Assembly: GCA_013239625.1 (NCBI GenBank) | Contig: MU053754.1 | Span: forward strand, 679,379-743,378 | Direction of reading: 5' to 3' | From: Lama guanicoe | Taxonomy: Eukaryota | DNA length: 64,000 nt | Shown here: positions 24,451-38,442 of the stretch, in pieces | Layout of the letters: every line of letters starts with the position of its first letter | How positions within the stretch are numbered: position 1 is the first letter of the stretch | Made by a program: the position numbers and the translations under genes | Notes under the pieces: model-generated | The model's database searches: none | Seen by the model: only the letters and a program-made list of their open reading frames with translations | What the model was told of the DNA's origin: nothing

Positions 24451-26179
24451 GCAAGGCTATACGTTGTACAAATTGGAGAGAACATCGGTATCGTTTCTTC
24501 CTGTGAGTGGTTCCCATGATAACTGAACTAGGATTTAGCCAAAGGAGGTTTTCTACCCTGGGTCTTCTGCGGACTTCTAAATAGATTGAGGTGTGAAGTG
24601 GGGGTTTGGTAACTTTAGTGGCTTTCTCTACTCTTGGAACCATGGTCTCTGACGTGTTGTTTCGCGTGTCAATTCACCTTTGTACACCACAGAAAGTAGC
24701 TTCATGAAATCTTCCCGAGTAAGAATGGTAGTTTCCTAAATCCATGATATGTCCACCAGGGCTTACAGACAACTCGGGCTAGGAGGGGGGTCATTACAGA
24801 ATGAAATCATTTTCAAATATAAGATAGTTTTTCAGATGAAGATGTGGCTTTGTCAGATGACCCATAGCAAGAGTACTGGGGCTGCAGAAATGCTGGGACG
24901 GGATGCTTGACCACGTGGCTCACTAAGTAATAAGGAGAGTTTGGTTTTTAGGCAGGTTCCTTGTGCAGCAGGGAGCAAGTCCGTGCTACAGATTAAAGTG
25001 GCAAAAGCAGGAAGCGGCCTGGTTGCAGGCGCACGTGGTGCCAGCAATGAAATATGCTCTGCGTGTGGTGAAATGACGCCGTGTTCAGAATTAGGTTTAT
25101 TGTGCTATGACTTCTTTGGTGTCTTTAGAATTAATCTTCTGACTCATCTTTTATCGAGTATCCATCTCTCCTGACAGTTTAGATGCTGACGCATAGCTTG
25201 GGGCCAGTCGGTTGAAGCGAGTGCTCTAGTTCATTTGATGAAATGGTACAATAAGGACTCGAATCAGCTCCTGTCTGCCCAGGAGCGAGTCCCCATCACC
25301 TCCCCACCCAAAAGGAAAAAAAGTCATTTCACAGCACTCTGTTTATACAGGTATTTCCAAAATATGAACTCAGTGTGACCTTGGCACTTACCAGATAATG
25401 TGAACCATTATGTAACTGAGAACATATTATAAAAACATTGCAGAAGACAAGCAAGTCATAATTTCTCCAAAACCCAGTTGTTTCATTATAGCAGCATTTT
25501 TCTCATTATTTGCTGGAGAAACTGAACATCGAAGCCAAGGATAAATAACTTATTTAAAATTAGTAAGATGGCCAACTCTCCCAATGAATACGTCTTACGA
25601 TAAGGAGTTGGGCTGAAAGCACTACATCGTGAATTTAGCAGAAGAGGTAGAACGCTCAAGTTTGCCCTCAGGCCTCCCATGTGGCCAGTGGCAGCCCCCC
25701 AACCTCATTGTCCCTGGAGGCAGGGATGAAGGGAGTGGGTCAGCGTTTGAGGGGAGAAGGCATCGCGGGCTCCAGCAGGGATCAGGCTCCTGTTGTGTTT
25801 CCTGTTACCTGTGGCCACACTCAGGACAAGAGAGGGGAAATCCTAAGACATGTTCGTTGTGCTGTGGAGCCAGGGCGAGTCCAAAACATGTGACGTCTGG
25901 AGCAGACTGATAAAAGAGCAGTCCTCACAGCTAATGTTAGCTAAGTCCGTTTCATCGTTTATTTTGTGACAGTGCGGAAATCTAATTTTCTTTTCCCTGC
26001 TGTTTTATTAGAGTGTTTAATCAAAGCATGATAATGCTGCATGGATGAAGTCAAGCATTATAAAGGTGTGTAGAGAAAAAAAAATGAATTCGCCCTTACA
26101 CCTGACCCCCTCCCCCAACCGCTCCTCCCACCTTTTCTCCATGAAGACACAAAGGTCCTTGTCCCTTCACATTCCCATT

Positions 26180-26378
26180 AGCCTCTATCCTTTGTCTGGT
26201 CTGTTCTTCATAGAAATGCTTACTTCCTGGTAGACCGTACACCTTGTGGTCTTGGTCTGTTATTTGTCTCTTCACCCTAAAATCTCTCTTCAGAACAAAC
26301 TCATCAGTTTTGATCATTGCCGCATCACCAGGCTGGTGTATGGTAGGCTCAGCAAACATTCACTGGGTGGTTGAGTTG
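26180..26378 (+). mobile_element. L2 LINE 3' end
   Basis: ttttgatcattgccgcatcaccagg...tggtaggctcagcaaacattcactgggtggttga. Confidence 0.55.
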
Positions 26379-28344
26379 CATTACCTTTATATAGTTGTTT
26401 TACCTGGATTGATTTTGTAATATATTGAATACTAATACGCACATGCCACACAGCAGATATCCTGTAAATAGTTATTGTTCTATATGTGCTGTGTCGTTAT
26501 TGTACCTTCATGAGCGTATTGTCTCAGGTGGAGAAATCAGAATGGCCCTGAGGAGACATGCATTGTCTTCCGTGGTTTTTAATATATAAGGCACAAGGCA
26601 TTAAACGATGGATGCAGAAATGGAAGTGAGAAGATGATTACTATGTTTATCTGACTTCCTTATACGACAAGGTTGCTGTCAGTGGAGCTCATGAGAGCTG
26701 GGTTCACTGCGAGTTTGTAAAGGGATGTGCCGTGTCGGGAACCACTGCGCTGAGCATCCCACATGTGTGAGAGAGTTCATTCGTCACAACAGCCCAATAA
26801 GGCAGGTACTACTTACTGTTAACTCCCGAGGCTTGGGGAGGCTAAGCTGCTGACTTAGAGGGGGTGAAAGATGAAGAGAAAGTTTTAGAGCAGGCTGGAA
26901 GTATTTCCTGAACCCAGGACAGGGTCTGGATACAGATAATGTACAGAGATCCTTAGAGTGGGTACGCAAAAGAGTCTGAGGCTGTTGCCCTCATGTTTTC
27001 CAACTGGAGTCAGAGGTGGTGTCTTCAGCTGAGAACAGATTTTGGGGAGCTTTGAAGACACACCATTTGAAAGGATTCCAAGAGTCTGAGAGAGGAAGAC
27101 AATGCAAAGGACCAGACGTCCGAGGGAGATCAGCTCAACCCTTCAGAAAGTACGGCCGTCTGAGGAGTTGTAGACAGATAAACAAGTAGCTGCGGGCTTT
27201 CCCTGGGTAGAGCCAGGAATCCTGTTCTTTGTTGTGGCAAAACCAACCATACAAGTCCTCAGATTCCGAGAATGGTGACTCTAATTTTGTTTGTTTTTTG
27301 GTTCTTATTTGGAGACATGACTGTTTTATCTTTAAATCATCCCAGAGCGCTTTGCAACCAATCTGTGTGTTTCTTCCCCCGGATGATAACATTATTTTGT
27401 TTGGTTTGGTTGGCGTCATTGGCCTTGGCTCATGCCTGTGTTTCCAGCCCTTCTTCGCTTTCCAAGCTTCCCCGATGACTTAGCTGCACGGGGCATTGTT
27501 TCAGCTCCAGTCCCATTAATCAGGCTCTTGCCAACTTTTCACAGCTTGGGAAGAATTTTTACTCAAAACATTCAAAACCAGCATTTCACGGAATTGAGCT
27601 GTGGTTAACAATGGGCGGCCTTGTTGGTGGGGACCACATTCAAAGTTAATGGGCTTGAAGGAGCGTTTCCGTGCCTGTTGGAACGCATGGGAGCTGGAGC
27701 CGCGGTGGCTCCGTCTGAGCTGCTGACACCCAGCCCTAGAGACGGGTCCGCCGGCTCTGCGACGTTCTCAGGGCCTGGGATCCGGAGAGGTAGACGCACC
27801 TCCAGACGGCTATTGTGAACACTCCCTGTCAAATGCAGGGAGAGTAAAACTGGGGACCGTGCCCTGGGGCTTTGTGCCGCACTCACACTGAGGTCACCCT
27901 GGCCTGATTTTCCCCTCTGCCATGGAACAAAGCCCGCTAATAAATTTATGAAGTCGAAGTTATTTGCAATTCATGTGCTGTTTGCAAATCAAGGCTAGAT
28001 GATAAGGAGATGCTGCCTGCTTTACACAAAAGAATCTGAGCGCGGGGAGCAGGGGGAGGAATGTAGGCGGCGGGTGAGGTCAGGAGGCCCTTCTAACTGA
28101 GCTCATACGCCCTGCAGGTAGGTTTCTGTACAAACCGTGTGTAACACTCCTCTTGTCTTCATACTTTGCAAAAAATTTTTTTTAAATTTTTGATTGTTAA
28201 ATTCAAAAATTACATTTTACGTATTGTGACATTCTGTGTCATTGATGTTAAATATCTCAGCAACTTACTGATGATGATGGCGGGGAATTTACGTGATGCC
28301 TGAAACATTTTAGCTTCTGAACTCTACAGATGGAATTTTAAAAA

Positions 28345-28700
28345 AGTAAGACTTTAGAGCACTTTGAGGTTTACAGAAGAATTGAACAGTAAACACAGAG
28401 TTTGTGTATACAGTGCTTTCTCCCTCTGGTCAGTTTATAATTAACATCTTGTGTTAGTGTCATCCGTTTTGTTACAATTGATGAACCAGTACTGAGACAT
28501 TATTGTTAACTAAAATCTCTCATTTACATTAGGGTTCTCTTTTTGTGTTGTACATTCTGTGAGCTTTACCAGATACACTGTATCCTGTATTCACCATTAC
28601 AGTATCATACAAAATAGAGTCACTGCCCTAAAAAGCCTCTGGGCTCCACCTGTCCATCCCTGCCTCCATCCTAGCCCCTGGCAACCACTCATCTTTTTCC
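28345..28700 (-). mobile_element. Ancient LINE-1 3' end (L1MC/L1MD-like)
   Basis: ttgttacaattgatgaacca...ttaactaaa...tttacattagggtt...caccattacagtatcataca...cactgccctaaaaa...cccctggcaaccact. Confidence 0.85.
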
Positions 28701-29865
28701 TTTTGTTTTTAAAATCTGTAAATTTTGCCATCTGAATATTTTCTTTCTGATACTGACCAACAGCAAAAAATTGTGACTATAGTTCTAGGTTCAAATCATA
28801 TATTTGTCACATATAACATGGTATAAAGAGTATAATAGACATTAAATATTCCTAGTCAAAAATGGCAAAAAATTATATAAAGAGTATATTATAAGGTGAG
28901 TTTTCAGATTAATTGTGATTTTAATTTAAAGAAATGTATTCTGAAGGACTTAGATAAAATAACAGTTTAAGAATTATGTGTATGAACCATTACATAAGTG
29001 TCACTGGGTTTCGATAAACACCTAATTCTAATTTACCTGAAATGAGGAAAAGAAGTTATATTTAAACGCTTCTGATTGAACAACTGATGACTCACAAAAT
29101 GTATAATGATTAAAAATTTTAATTAAAAATACCTTAAAAGATATCCATTACCCTTGCCTTCCCTGAGGCCACGGATGCAGGTTGAAGGGGAGGGGTAACT
29201 GTGTCTCAGAAAAGTCACATTGGCAGTGTGCCCAGGTCTCCCTGTCCAGCTTTGCCTCTGGATCTGGTCTTGAGAAGTCTGTTGGACCCGGTACAGCTGT
29301 GGTGTGTGTTGGGGGAGCTTCCATTCGCTCTGTGCTTGGACGAGTGCTCTGGGCATGTTGTGGTGCTGGTGGAGCCCGGATAAACCCTCCTGAGGAGAAG
29401 TCCGTATTATGGAACTGGTGAGGACCCTCCGTTGCCACAGCCCGCTATGGTCCCACTGAGCCCCCCGTGGCCGGGGAGGAGGCTGGCTGACATCCGCCTG
29501 CTTACTGAGCCCTGTCTCTACGGTACCCCCCACCACCAGGGAGCATCAGCAGACGGCAGAAATACACCCAACTCTGCCCATTCCGACATCTCTCACACAC
29601 CACTTCTCCAGACGTCCTTATCACGGTCTTCAAGTCTTACCCTTCCCAGAACCCGGCAACTGGCCCAACCAGTGGGCACTGCCCTCTGCCGCTTCATGTC
29701 CAGCCTTGGGCCTTGTCTCCGTCACAGCGAAGGGGACAGCTAGACATACTGATTCAGGTCTCGCCTGCACGGAGGGCTCCTTGACCTCATGTTTCACCAC
29801 TTCCATTTCACAGAGGACCCTGCTGTGTGTGTCCAATGTCAGGATTGGGTGGGGGTGGATGGGGG

Positions 29866-30405
29866 TGTGGGGGCTATATCTTGAAATGTGGGTTTTACTA
29901 TTGTTCAGGTATGGTCAGGCCACCAGGTCGAGAGATTACTTCCATGGAGAAGTTTGTCCCTCACAGTTCCAAAGAGGAGGGGCCAGAGCAGGCGGTGCAG
30001 GGCCTCCTAGGGAAGCAGCAGGGCTGGCCCGGAGGGAGAGCGGAGAATACAGACAAGAGCTTTCTATGTGGGAAGGAATGGCTGAGATAAGCAGACTAAG
30101 CAGGTTTGGGGTGAGTTCCCCTGAATGATCTCAGCAGGCTCTGGGCTGGAGAATTATGCCTTGTGTTCTGACTCGTGACTCTGGTGTGATTTGGGCAGGG
30201 AGGTAGTGGCCTGGAGTTTAAGAGCCCAGTGAAGGTAGCATTTTGGGGAGAAGCAGTAGAGGGCTCTGCACTGCTTGGTTTGCACGTGAACGGTGTTCTC
30301 CTGGGTGAGACATTCACTGTGTCTAGGAACTGGCTAGCCTGTAAGGGACTATTCTGCCAGGGTCAAAATACAGACTACAGAAAATAAAAAGGTGTGGTTA
30401 ATACA
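29866..30405 (-). mobile_element. ERVL-class solo LTR (MER74-like), apparently complete
   Basis: Termini tgtgg...ttaataca; internal tgttcaggtatggt-aggcca, ctcacagttccaaagaggagggg, aagcaggttt; 5-bp flanks ggggg / ggggt. Confidence 0.8.
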
Positions 30406-33400
30406 GGGGTGTCAAATGGCACCCAGTTTACAGTGGACAGCTTGCACATCATGGTCACTTGCTGTCACATGACTGGGGATATGTTAGGCTCTGCCAGGAT
30501 TCTGTGGAGAGCCAGGGGTGGTTCTTAAATGAATCAGAACGGTAGATGGAAGAGGGCACACGCGGTTCAAAAACACTGGGGCTTTCCAGGAGCATCGTTT
30601 AGCATCCCCGTCTGCTGTTTGGTTTTCCGGTACTCTCCTGTGAGCACCTGGACGATAGATTTTGGATTACTGGTCCCAGGAGCTTGTAAAGTAATTTTCT
30701 GCTTTTCACTTACTAAGGTCTCATGAATAAGTTGGGAGAATCCTAAAGTGGAAAGAATAATGATTAAATACGTGATACATATATACATATCTCAGATAAA
30801 TGAAGTGCTATATGTAATCTCATATACAAAACATTATATATAAAATATATACATTATATATATCACACACATGTGTATCTGTGTATCTATACCCCCCAAA
30901 GTGGGAAATACATACGTATTTGGAATAAAAAGAGAGAATGAAAGTAGTGGATTATTTGCTTGCTTGGCTTTTAGCTTTTCATTCTTCTGAGCTTTTCAAT
31001 GACTTATTTCTACCTTTTTATAGCTTGAATTTAACTAAATTTCAGACCAAGGGCCTAAGTTTTTAAGGAAACAATGTTAGCTGTAATAGATGTTTACAAA
31101 CGTAATGAAGAGCAAATTGAAAATATATTGCCATGTGCATTGAAATTCAGTCTGCAGTCTTGATTGCAGCCTGAGTGTTTAATACAACCCATATGGGTTA
31201 TTGACTTGTGGTCGTGAAGCCCCCAGTAAGACAGGTTATTCTCGAGGTAAAAGCTTGGAAATGTATCATACATGCTTTAATCTTTACAAGACACTTTATT
31301 TTTGCGTGACATCTCTGACAGGCTACTTTTTAGCATCCATCAAGTCGTCAACAGTTGTCTCTTCTGGGGACAGTAGCAGAAGAGGAGGCTCTGGTGGAGA
31401 AAGGAAACCTCAGCTCCACTGAATAGAAAGACGGACTTGCCAGCACTCCCTCGACCTTCACGCTGTCCTCACAGCATGAAGGCTCATCTTTCTTGGGAGC
31501 GACGTCCCCACAACGAGGCAGGGAATGTCACTCGCTCCACACGGAGAAGAGTGAGGTAATGAAGTTAGTGGGATTTGGCCTGTCCACACTCCATCTGGTT
31601 ATGAGACTAACTGAAGGTCAGATATAGAGATAGGTATTTCAACAAAAAGAAAACACAGCCTCCTGTCAGCTGTCAAGTGGGTAGAGATGGTTAGAACATC
31701 TTACCGTTGAGAAAATGGTGTATTTCTGTGATCCTTTTATGAGAGCCAAAGAAATGGCCTAAAATCACACTTAAAAACTCCTGTGCTTCCCACAAAGAAA
31801 CAGAAATGGGAAAGACACAGAGAGACACCTCCGTCTATGGAACATACCATGTAAAATGGCACATTTAATCCCACTGCCCTTGGACAGTAAGTGCGAATAG
31901 GGTCTCTGTTAATGTAAAAGAGCACTCATTACTGATTAAGATCAGATGATAAATTGTCAGCCAGAGACGCACCTAGAACAGACTGATCCAGACAGTTAGG
32001 ACAAGTGTCGACAAGCATAAGTAAACTGAATGTGCTTGATCATCACGGGTAAAACCGTTAGGAATACGGGGAGGAGGGGAGGCTCAGGCTTCCAGGCATG
32101 TAAACAAGGTATGGAAAGTTGGAGGAAGAACTAAACAGAACAGTTACCAGAACTGAGCGTGTGTGTCTGCGTATCTGATACCCACGTACACAGTGCTAAG
32201 GTATGCAGAGCACGCCTTCCCTTCCAGGACCCACAGAGCACTGGCAAAATTTGCCTTTCTGTTTGGCCACAAGGAAACCCCCCAATAAATCACTGGAGGG
32301 GGCAGTAGGAGACGCCACGCTTTATGACCAGGGAACAATAAAATTAGAACTTAATAACCAACAAGTGTAATAAAATCCTGAGTGGGTGTGTTCCTTGAAA
32401 AACAGCACTCTGTAAATCACTAGAGTTACTTAAGAGGGCATTTAGAGATTAAGGACATTAAAACAAGAGAACATTTAAAATGTAATTGCACGTTATTTAG
32501 AAAATAATGCTGCTGAGTGGAGTACAAGTCTAAACGCACCGGAGATGGCTAGGGCTGGGCGGGTGACTGGCAGCGGCTTTTGTAAGTGTATTTCAAGCGT
32601 GAATGGCGTCTGTGTAATTCGTTTATATTAATGGGTAAGACAGAAATAAAACAGGAAAGATGGAGGTCGGAACTTCACTTGTGCGTCAGTCACTGAGTCA
32701 TTTCTCTGCTGAGCTGTGTTGTCGATAGGCGTCAAATACTGGAAGATGTTCCCTCCACTTTTCATGTTTGTTACTCACAGTGTAATGACTGTAGACATTC
32801 TTCTCTGGTTAAGCTGTGCTCTTAACATTTCCTCTGACATTTTCTCGAGTCTGGATAATCAAAGGGACAGTAAATTAACTCCTGATTTCTACCACTTGCT
32901 GATTTCTGGGGTGGGAATGCCCCCACCATAGCCAATGTCAAGCTCCCAACATGGTCACTGGGCGTGGAATGGGAGGAGATGTGCTGGTGAATGTAGCATT
33001 TCCACCGTAGACACAGGCAGCCTCCAGAGCAGAGACACTGAGTAGTGAGACAAGGAGAGAAGTAGAGCGTTGGTTTGTGACCCTGCTTTTAATACCGTTC
33101 TGACTGCGTTTATATAACTTTTAACAACGACAGCATTGAACAGCAGGCTCCCGAAATTCCTGAGCAATCAGCAAATCAGTGTGAGGCAGCTCCAGACGTT
33201 GCTGGCACACAGTCCAATCCAAAATGACCTTAGATGAAAATCGAAACAGTATAATATTTTAATTTCAAATCCAATAGAATAAACCTTACAACAATTTGAC
33301 TAGATCACCCTAAAAATGGGAGGGAGGAGAAATTAATAAAGTTAAAAACAAAAATGGTACTTTGAAGTTAGGAAAACAGGGTAGAATGGACAAATAAATA

Positions 33401-34719
33401 CTCTCCCAGTTTCTTTGAACAAACTTGCAGTGTTTACAACTTGAATCTGGCAGCAGTCTCCTTGTTCCAGTTGACCCCAATCCTCTTAAGAGAGAAGGTG
33501 CCCACTGTGGAGAACAGAACACGTAAAGCCAGAACAGGAATCAGAGGACCGTTTGTGGAAGAGGATGGGCTGGGTGCAGATGACTCTGTAGGGTGACTGG
33601 TTGTCCACCTGTTCTGGAGCTAAAGTCAGTTTAAGTGCCCAGTAATTGGCCTCATTCTAAGAGCTGGGAGATGAGGAAGTTCCACTGCGGTCACAGTATT
33701 AGATTTGGCTCGGTATGGCTTCATCTGGTACCTGCTGGGGACATCTCGTCAGAGTGTAAATCTAGGATCTGGTTCCAAGAATGTGGAGAGACTTGACTGT
33801 ACCAGCTAGGACCAGTTTATACCAGTCTGGCCTGTTCAGCTCTGCCACCTGAGCTGATCACATTAAGTATTTTAAGGAGTCAGGCTCTGCCCAGGCTGAC
33901 TGATTTGTGTGCAGAGGAGAGATGGGGAGCAGTGGACCCAGGGCCACTCTTAGTCTCGGCGTTGGGCATCCTCCTGATCTGGGGTTCTGCTCGGAGTGCA
34001 GGTGGTTGACGTGGGACGCGAGAGTGATGTTCCTTGTGGCTGGGCTGCGGCTGGGCACCCACTGCAGCTCCACGTTCGGGCCAATTCCCAGAGCACAGTC
34101 AGGGCTCAGAGCATTCCCCGGACAACAAGCTGGCCGTGCCCACTGCAGCAGCCTTACTTCTGCAGAGAGCTCTGCGTTTGTTCATTTCTTTGTTTTCTGG
34201 CTTCATGTCATTGGGTTTGGTAGCTTGCTTCGCATTTTCTTATTCCTTCCTGAGACAAGCATATTCGCTTTAGTGATGATTTCATCTTAGTTCCAATAAG
34301 TTTCTCCAAGCCATTTATAAACGAAGGATTCATAGGTGATTGCAGATCTGCATTTGCTGTCTTAGAGATGGCCTTATAAACTAGAAACAAACCTGCTAAT
34401 TATTCAGAGTCTAATTTCCTAAGGCATGGTGCACATTGAAGAACCAAAGGAGAAAATTCTGTGTACACTAGTCCAAGTGAGGAAAAGCGAGAGGTGGGAA
34501 ATGGAAAAAGAGAGGGAGGAAGAAAGAGGGGAGGGGGCAGTAAACATAAAGGATAAGTAAGAATGTAAAATTGGGATATATAGGGAAAACAGTGGAATAC
34601 TTATAAGGAAGTATGAGATGCATCTTTTCCTTGGTGAAATTTTAGGAAATTTTAGTTTAACTTTAACTGATAGTCATGTATCAACTGAAAAAAGTTATCA
34701 AAAACTACATCCACTCTCT

Positions 34720-35510
34720 GCTTACTTACAAAGTGACCAAGGAAGGTTACTTCAGAGGTGATTTACCCCCATAGTGTAAGGAAAGCGAAATCATTGTGCT
34801 GTTGAACTTTAAAGGAATAATTAATCCCTGTGGTATTAAAACTGACCCCAGCCGTATAAAAAGGAGGAGTAGTTGTATTAAATACTATAAAGATAGGTTA
34901 ACTCTGATATTAAAATCTGACAGTGATCGGGAAGTTAAGAAAGTTTTATGCATACATGTCATCTCTATTATATAAATATTAATGCAGACTCTTTATGTGA
35001 ACATTTAAGCCAGCAGTGTATTAAGCAGTAATACCGCAGGATGAAATAACACCTATTTTAGGAATACCAGAATGATTTAATACTAGAAGATGTATTAATA
35101 TAATCCATAACATTATTAAGTTAAATGAAGCAAAAAAACTTTGCTGTTTCAATAAGTGCCAAAAAAGAATTTGATAAAATCCAACCACTATTTCAGATCA
35201 AAGTTCTAGGTAAAATAGAAATGAAAGTAATAAAAAATAATTTCAACCAAATGCCTAAATATGTCTTGATGATGAAGGAAACATTTACCAGACTCAATAA
35301 GAAAGAAGGGTGCCTTCTCTCACTTTATTACTAACAGCAGTATGCAAGGGCTAGCCAATACAGTTATTTAAAATTTTGGAAATCAAAATTAACGTTTTTA
35401 AAGATAGGAAAGCTGAAAGAATGAGTGGTGGTAATAGTAATAATAATAACAATAAAGTAATAGAAAACATAAGCATATTTAATAAGGTAGCTAGTTAAAA
35501 ATCAGGCCTA
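34720..35510 (+). mobile_element. Very old LINE-1 ORF2 (RT region) remnant
   Basis: ORF 35125..35334 contains VSISAKKEFDKIQPLFQIKVL, a decayed ISIDAEKAFDKIQHPFMIKTL motif of L1 RT. Confidence 0.75.
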
Positions 35511-35812
35511 CGTATTTAAATACGACATGCAGAATAAAGAGAACGATCATGTTAAGGGCACCTGCCGTTCATTTAGTGCTTGCTTCGTCTCGACTTCTTT
35601 GGACATGTTAGAGGCACTGCATTTAAATACTCCTCAGAACCCCGTGAGATAAATAATATCGTTCTCATCGTAATGGCCAGAGGGGTTACTCACTGTAGAT
35701 ACTGTTTAATGCCTTTTACGACACCATTGCATGGTGATTAGCAGAGAGTCATCTCAGGAAAATGCATAAATACTCGAGAATGCAAATGATCGGTTTGGGA
35801 GAAAAAAATAGT

Positions 35813-35833
35813 TTTTTTTTTTTTTTTTTTTTT
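35813..35833. repeat. Poly-T tract (about 21 nt)
   Basis: Direct reading. Confidence 0.9.
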
Positions 35834-38359
35834 ACATAGTGTTTATTGCAAATCCTATTAGAGCTGCCTCAGAAGCATCAGAAAAGCTCTGGGGCTCACA
35901 CGGGAAGTGAGAGTTGGGTTCGTAGATTTGGAAATCCTCACCTTACTGACAGTCAGGGATGCTCAGTTTTCATCTGGAGAGTTAATGTGTGAATTACTTC
36001 TTTTTATAATCGATTTAATATTTAACTTTCATGTTGGTGGCTTAACAATGGGCAGAGTTCAGGATTGAAATTATGTATTTTTAACTTTCTGCCATATTTT
36101 AATTTTATGACATTTTATCTAGTTAATTTATTTTTATATGTATTTAAATTAGATGTTGATGGGCACTCAGACTGTTGCCTAGTGGAGGTAGATATATACT
36201 TTCAAAAACTGGATTATAGCTACGTATGCTAACAGATCATCTTTTTTTTTAACCACTTAGTATAATATTTAGGAACTTAAGTTGATGATAATAAGGTGAT
36301 CTAAATTATTTTAATGACTAACAAATATTTTATGTTTTAATGGCTAACAAATACTCTTTGAAAAAAAAATTACGCCTTCAACTTTGGGGCAATAAAGTGG
36401 TTCATTTTTTTTTTTCCCTAAAACAAGTGATGCTATGCCAGCTAGTTTTCATAAACTTTGAATATTTGTCTCAAGTGTTTCAACAGAACATCCTAGAATA
36501 AGAATTTTTTTTATTAGTTACACTTCTTAAAATTTAAGAATTTTAAAATTCATGTTATTTTAAAATAACATGAGTTTATTTTTTAATGTACAGAACTATA
36601 ATGAAGAAAACAGAAAATGATTCTTAATATCACCATCTGGGTGTCACTACTGATAGTTAAAGAAGTAGACACATGTTTAAAAATTTATAGAGCACTAAAA
36701 CATTCAAAATGATAAGTGACAACTTCCTTTTTTTCTTTTCATAAAATATATAAATTGGAGAGCTGTGAAAATGAGCATATGCATATCTGTTTCATTATTT
36801 ACACGGCTGTGAATTATAGAAGGGCCCTTTTCCAGGGGTGGAAAATACTCCTGGGTTAAGTCAGCTTCCTGGAAGTGGTCCCTAGTCTCTTGTTCTCCAT
36901 GCTTTGGGCTCCACTTTCTGGAATGTTCTTTCTTTTTCAGCATGTTCCTTAGCTGTTCAATAAGAAGAAAATACATCCTTTGAACAGAGGTCTCTGCCTG
37001 CTTCCTGCCCTTCCGTCGCTGGAGACCCTGAGGCTTGCGTTTGCATTTTGAACTAAGCCACTCCCTCTTATCACAGTCTGGTGATGCTTTTGCCGGTACA
37101 GCTGTCTCAGAATTTGAGAGGGTCTCCTATGAGCTTGATGCCATGCTGGTGCCAGAAGGAAGTAGCGCTTCTCTTTGAGAGATGCTTTCCTCTCAGACTC
37201 AGCCACTCCTTGGGGTGTGCAAGGCCATGCAGAAACAACGCCCTCATTTTCGTAGTAGCTGCTGTGTCCAGTCAGGCGGTTCTGCCAGGCCCCGTCTTCC
37301 CCATTTCAGAAACCTCAGTGCAGGCTCTCACTGCAGCGCTCTCTGTTTGGTCATTACCCTGAGGCTGCAGCTTTCTGGGAGTTCTGGGGTTTTACCCCCA
37401 GGATTTTAACTTTTGTGGGGATTCATGTTCTCATTCAGCAGGCTGGTAATAAGACACATACTTGTTTTCCAATTTTGCTCTTCCCAGACTCTGTTTTCTC
37501 CAAATTCTGTCTCCAAATTAGCCTGCCCTTTCTACATTCATTCCATTTATTTTAGTACCTTCTCATATGCAGTTAGTAAGGCCCAGATGACTCTTGTAGT
37601 GATTTGCATAGTGATCTGTAGTCATTTGTAGTATCTGTCCCAGTACAGCAATTCGTTAGGTACGTTATCTGTCTTCCAACGTTGCCAGAGACAACAGTTT
37701 TACCAGCACACTGTGATGGCAGAACACGGTCACATGTTTTCCCAGCCTCTTAGAGCTATTTCCTGGGCACTTTTACAGCCTCCTGCGTTTTCAGAGATGG
37801 TTGCTTTACTGTTCTGTTTTGACCACGTTTGTCATGGGTGGCCCTTTGCAGAGATTTTACTGATAGGACACGGACAGACGCTTCTCAACACCTTTCCCCT
37901 TGTGTTTGTCGTGGGTGCGGTTTGAATACCGAGTTTCCTTGAGCCCTTGGACTCGAAGAGGGTTGGTTTGTCCTCTGGTGCACGTGTAGCAGAATCCTCC
38001 CGCTGGCTTTTCTCCAGGAAATGGCTTCTCCACCAGGAAGGTGGTACTCTCAGGTATCTGATTATTCTCTGAATTCAAATTAAGTCCTTGAATCCTTTAC
38101 TTCCGTTACACAGTCAGCTTGGTTCTCTTTCCGGCCAGATTCAGCACTTCATCTGAGGCATTTCCACAGCCCCTCTCAGAAAGTGGAAAAAGTGAGGGAG
38201 AGTTGGGATCTGATCCCAGCCTTCCATCTCCAGAAATGGGGAGGTAGACTTCATGCGGGGCTCTCCACGTGGCCCACTTCACATAAATCTTGAATGACTC
38301 AATTTCTCTGTAGTTTTCCTCTCCCCTAAGTTCCTGAAAGCCGGGAAGGCAAGGGAGGA

Positions 38360-38442
38360 AATAAATAAATACAATGGAATCACTTTGCTGGACACTAGAA
38401 ACTAACTCAACATTGTAAATCAACTATACTCCAGTGAAAAAA
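38360..38442 (+). mobile_element. Very short LINE-1 3' terminus
   Basis: ggaatcactttgctggacactagaaactaactcaacattgtaaatcaactatactcca, the reverse complement of the terminal motif seen at about 3510-3570. Confidence 0.8.

Noticed and set aside
28268..28321. C/D-box snoRNA-like motifs (atgatga ... ctga), also at about 44476-44526
   Set aside because: Spacing of about 50 nt is too short and there is no convincing terminal stem or guide sequence
29530..29548. CTCF-like motif ccaccagggagca
   Set aside because: Single imperfect match, expected by chance in 64 kb; no independent support
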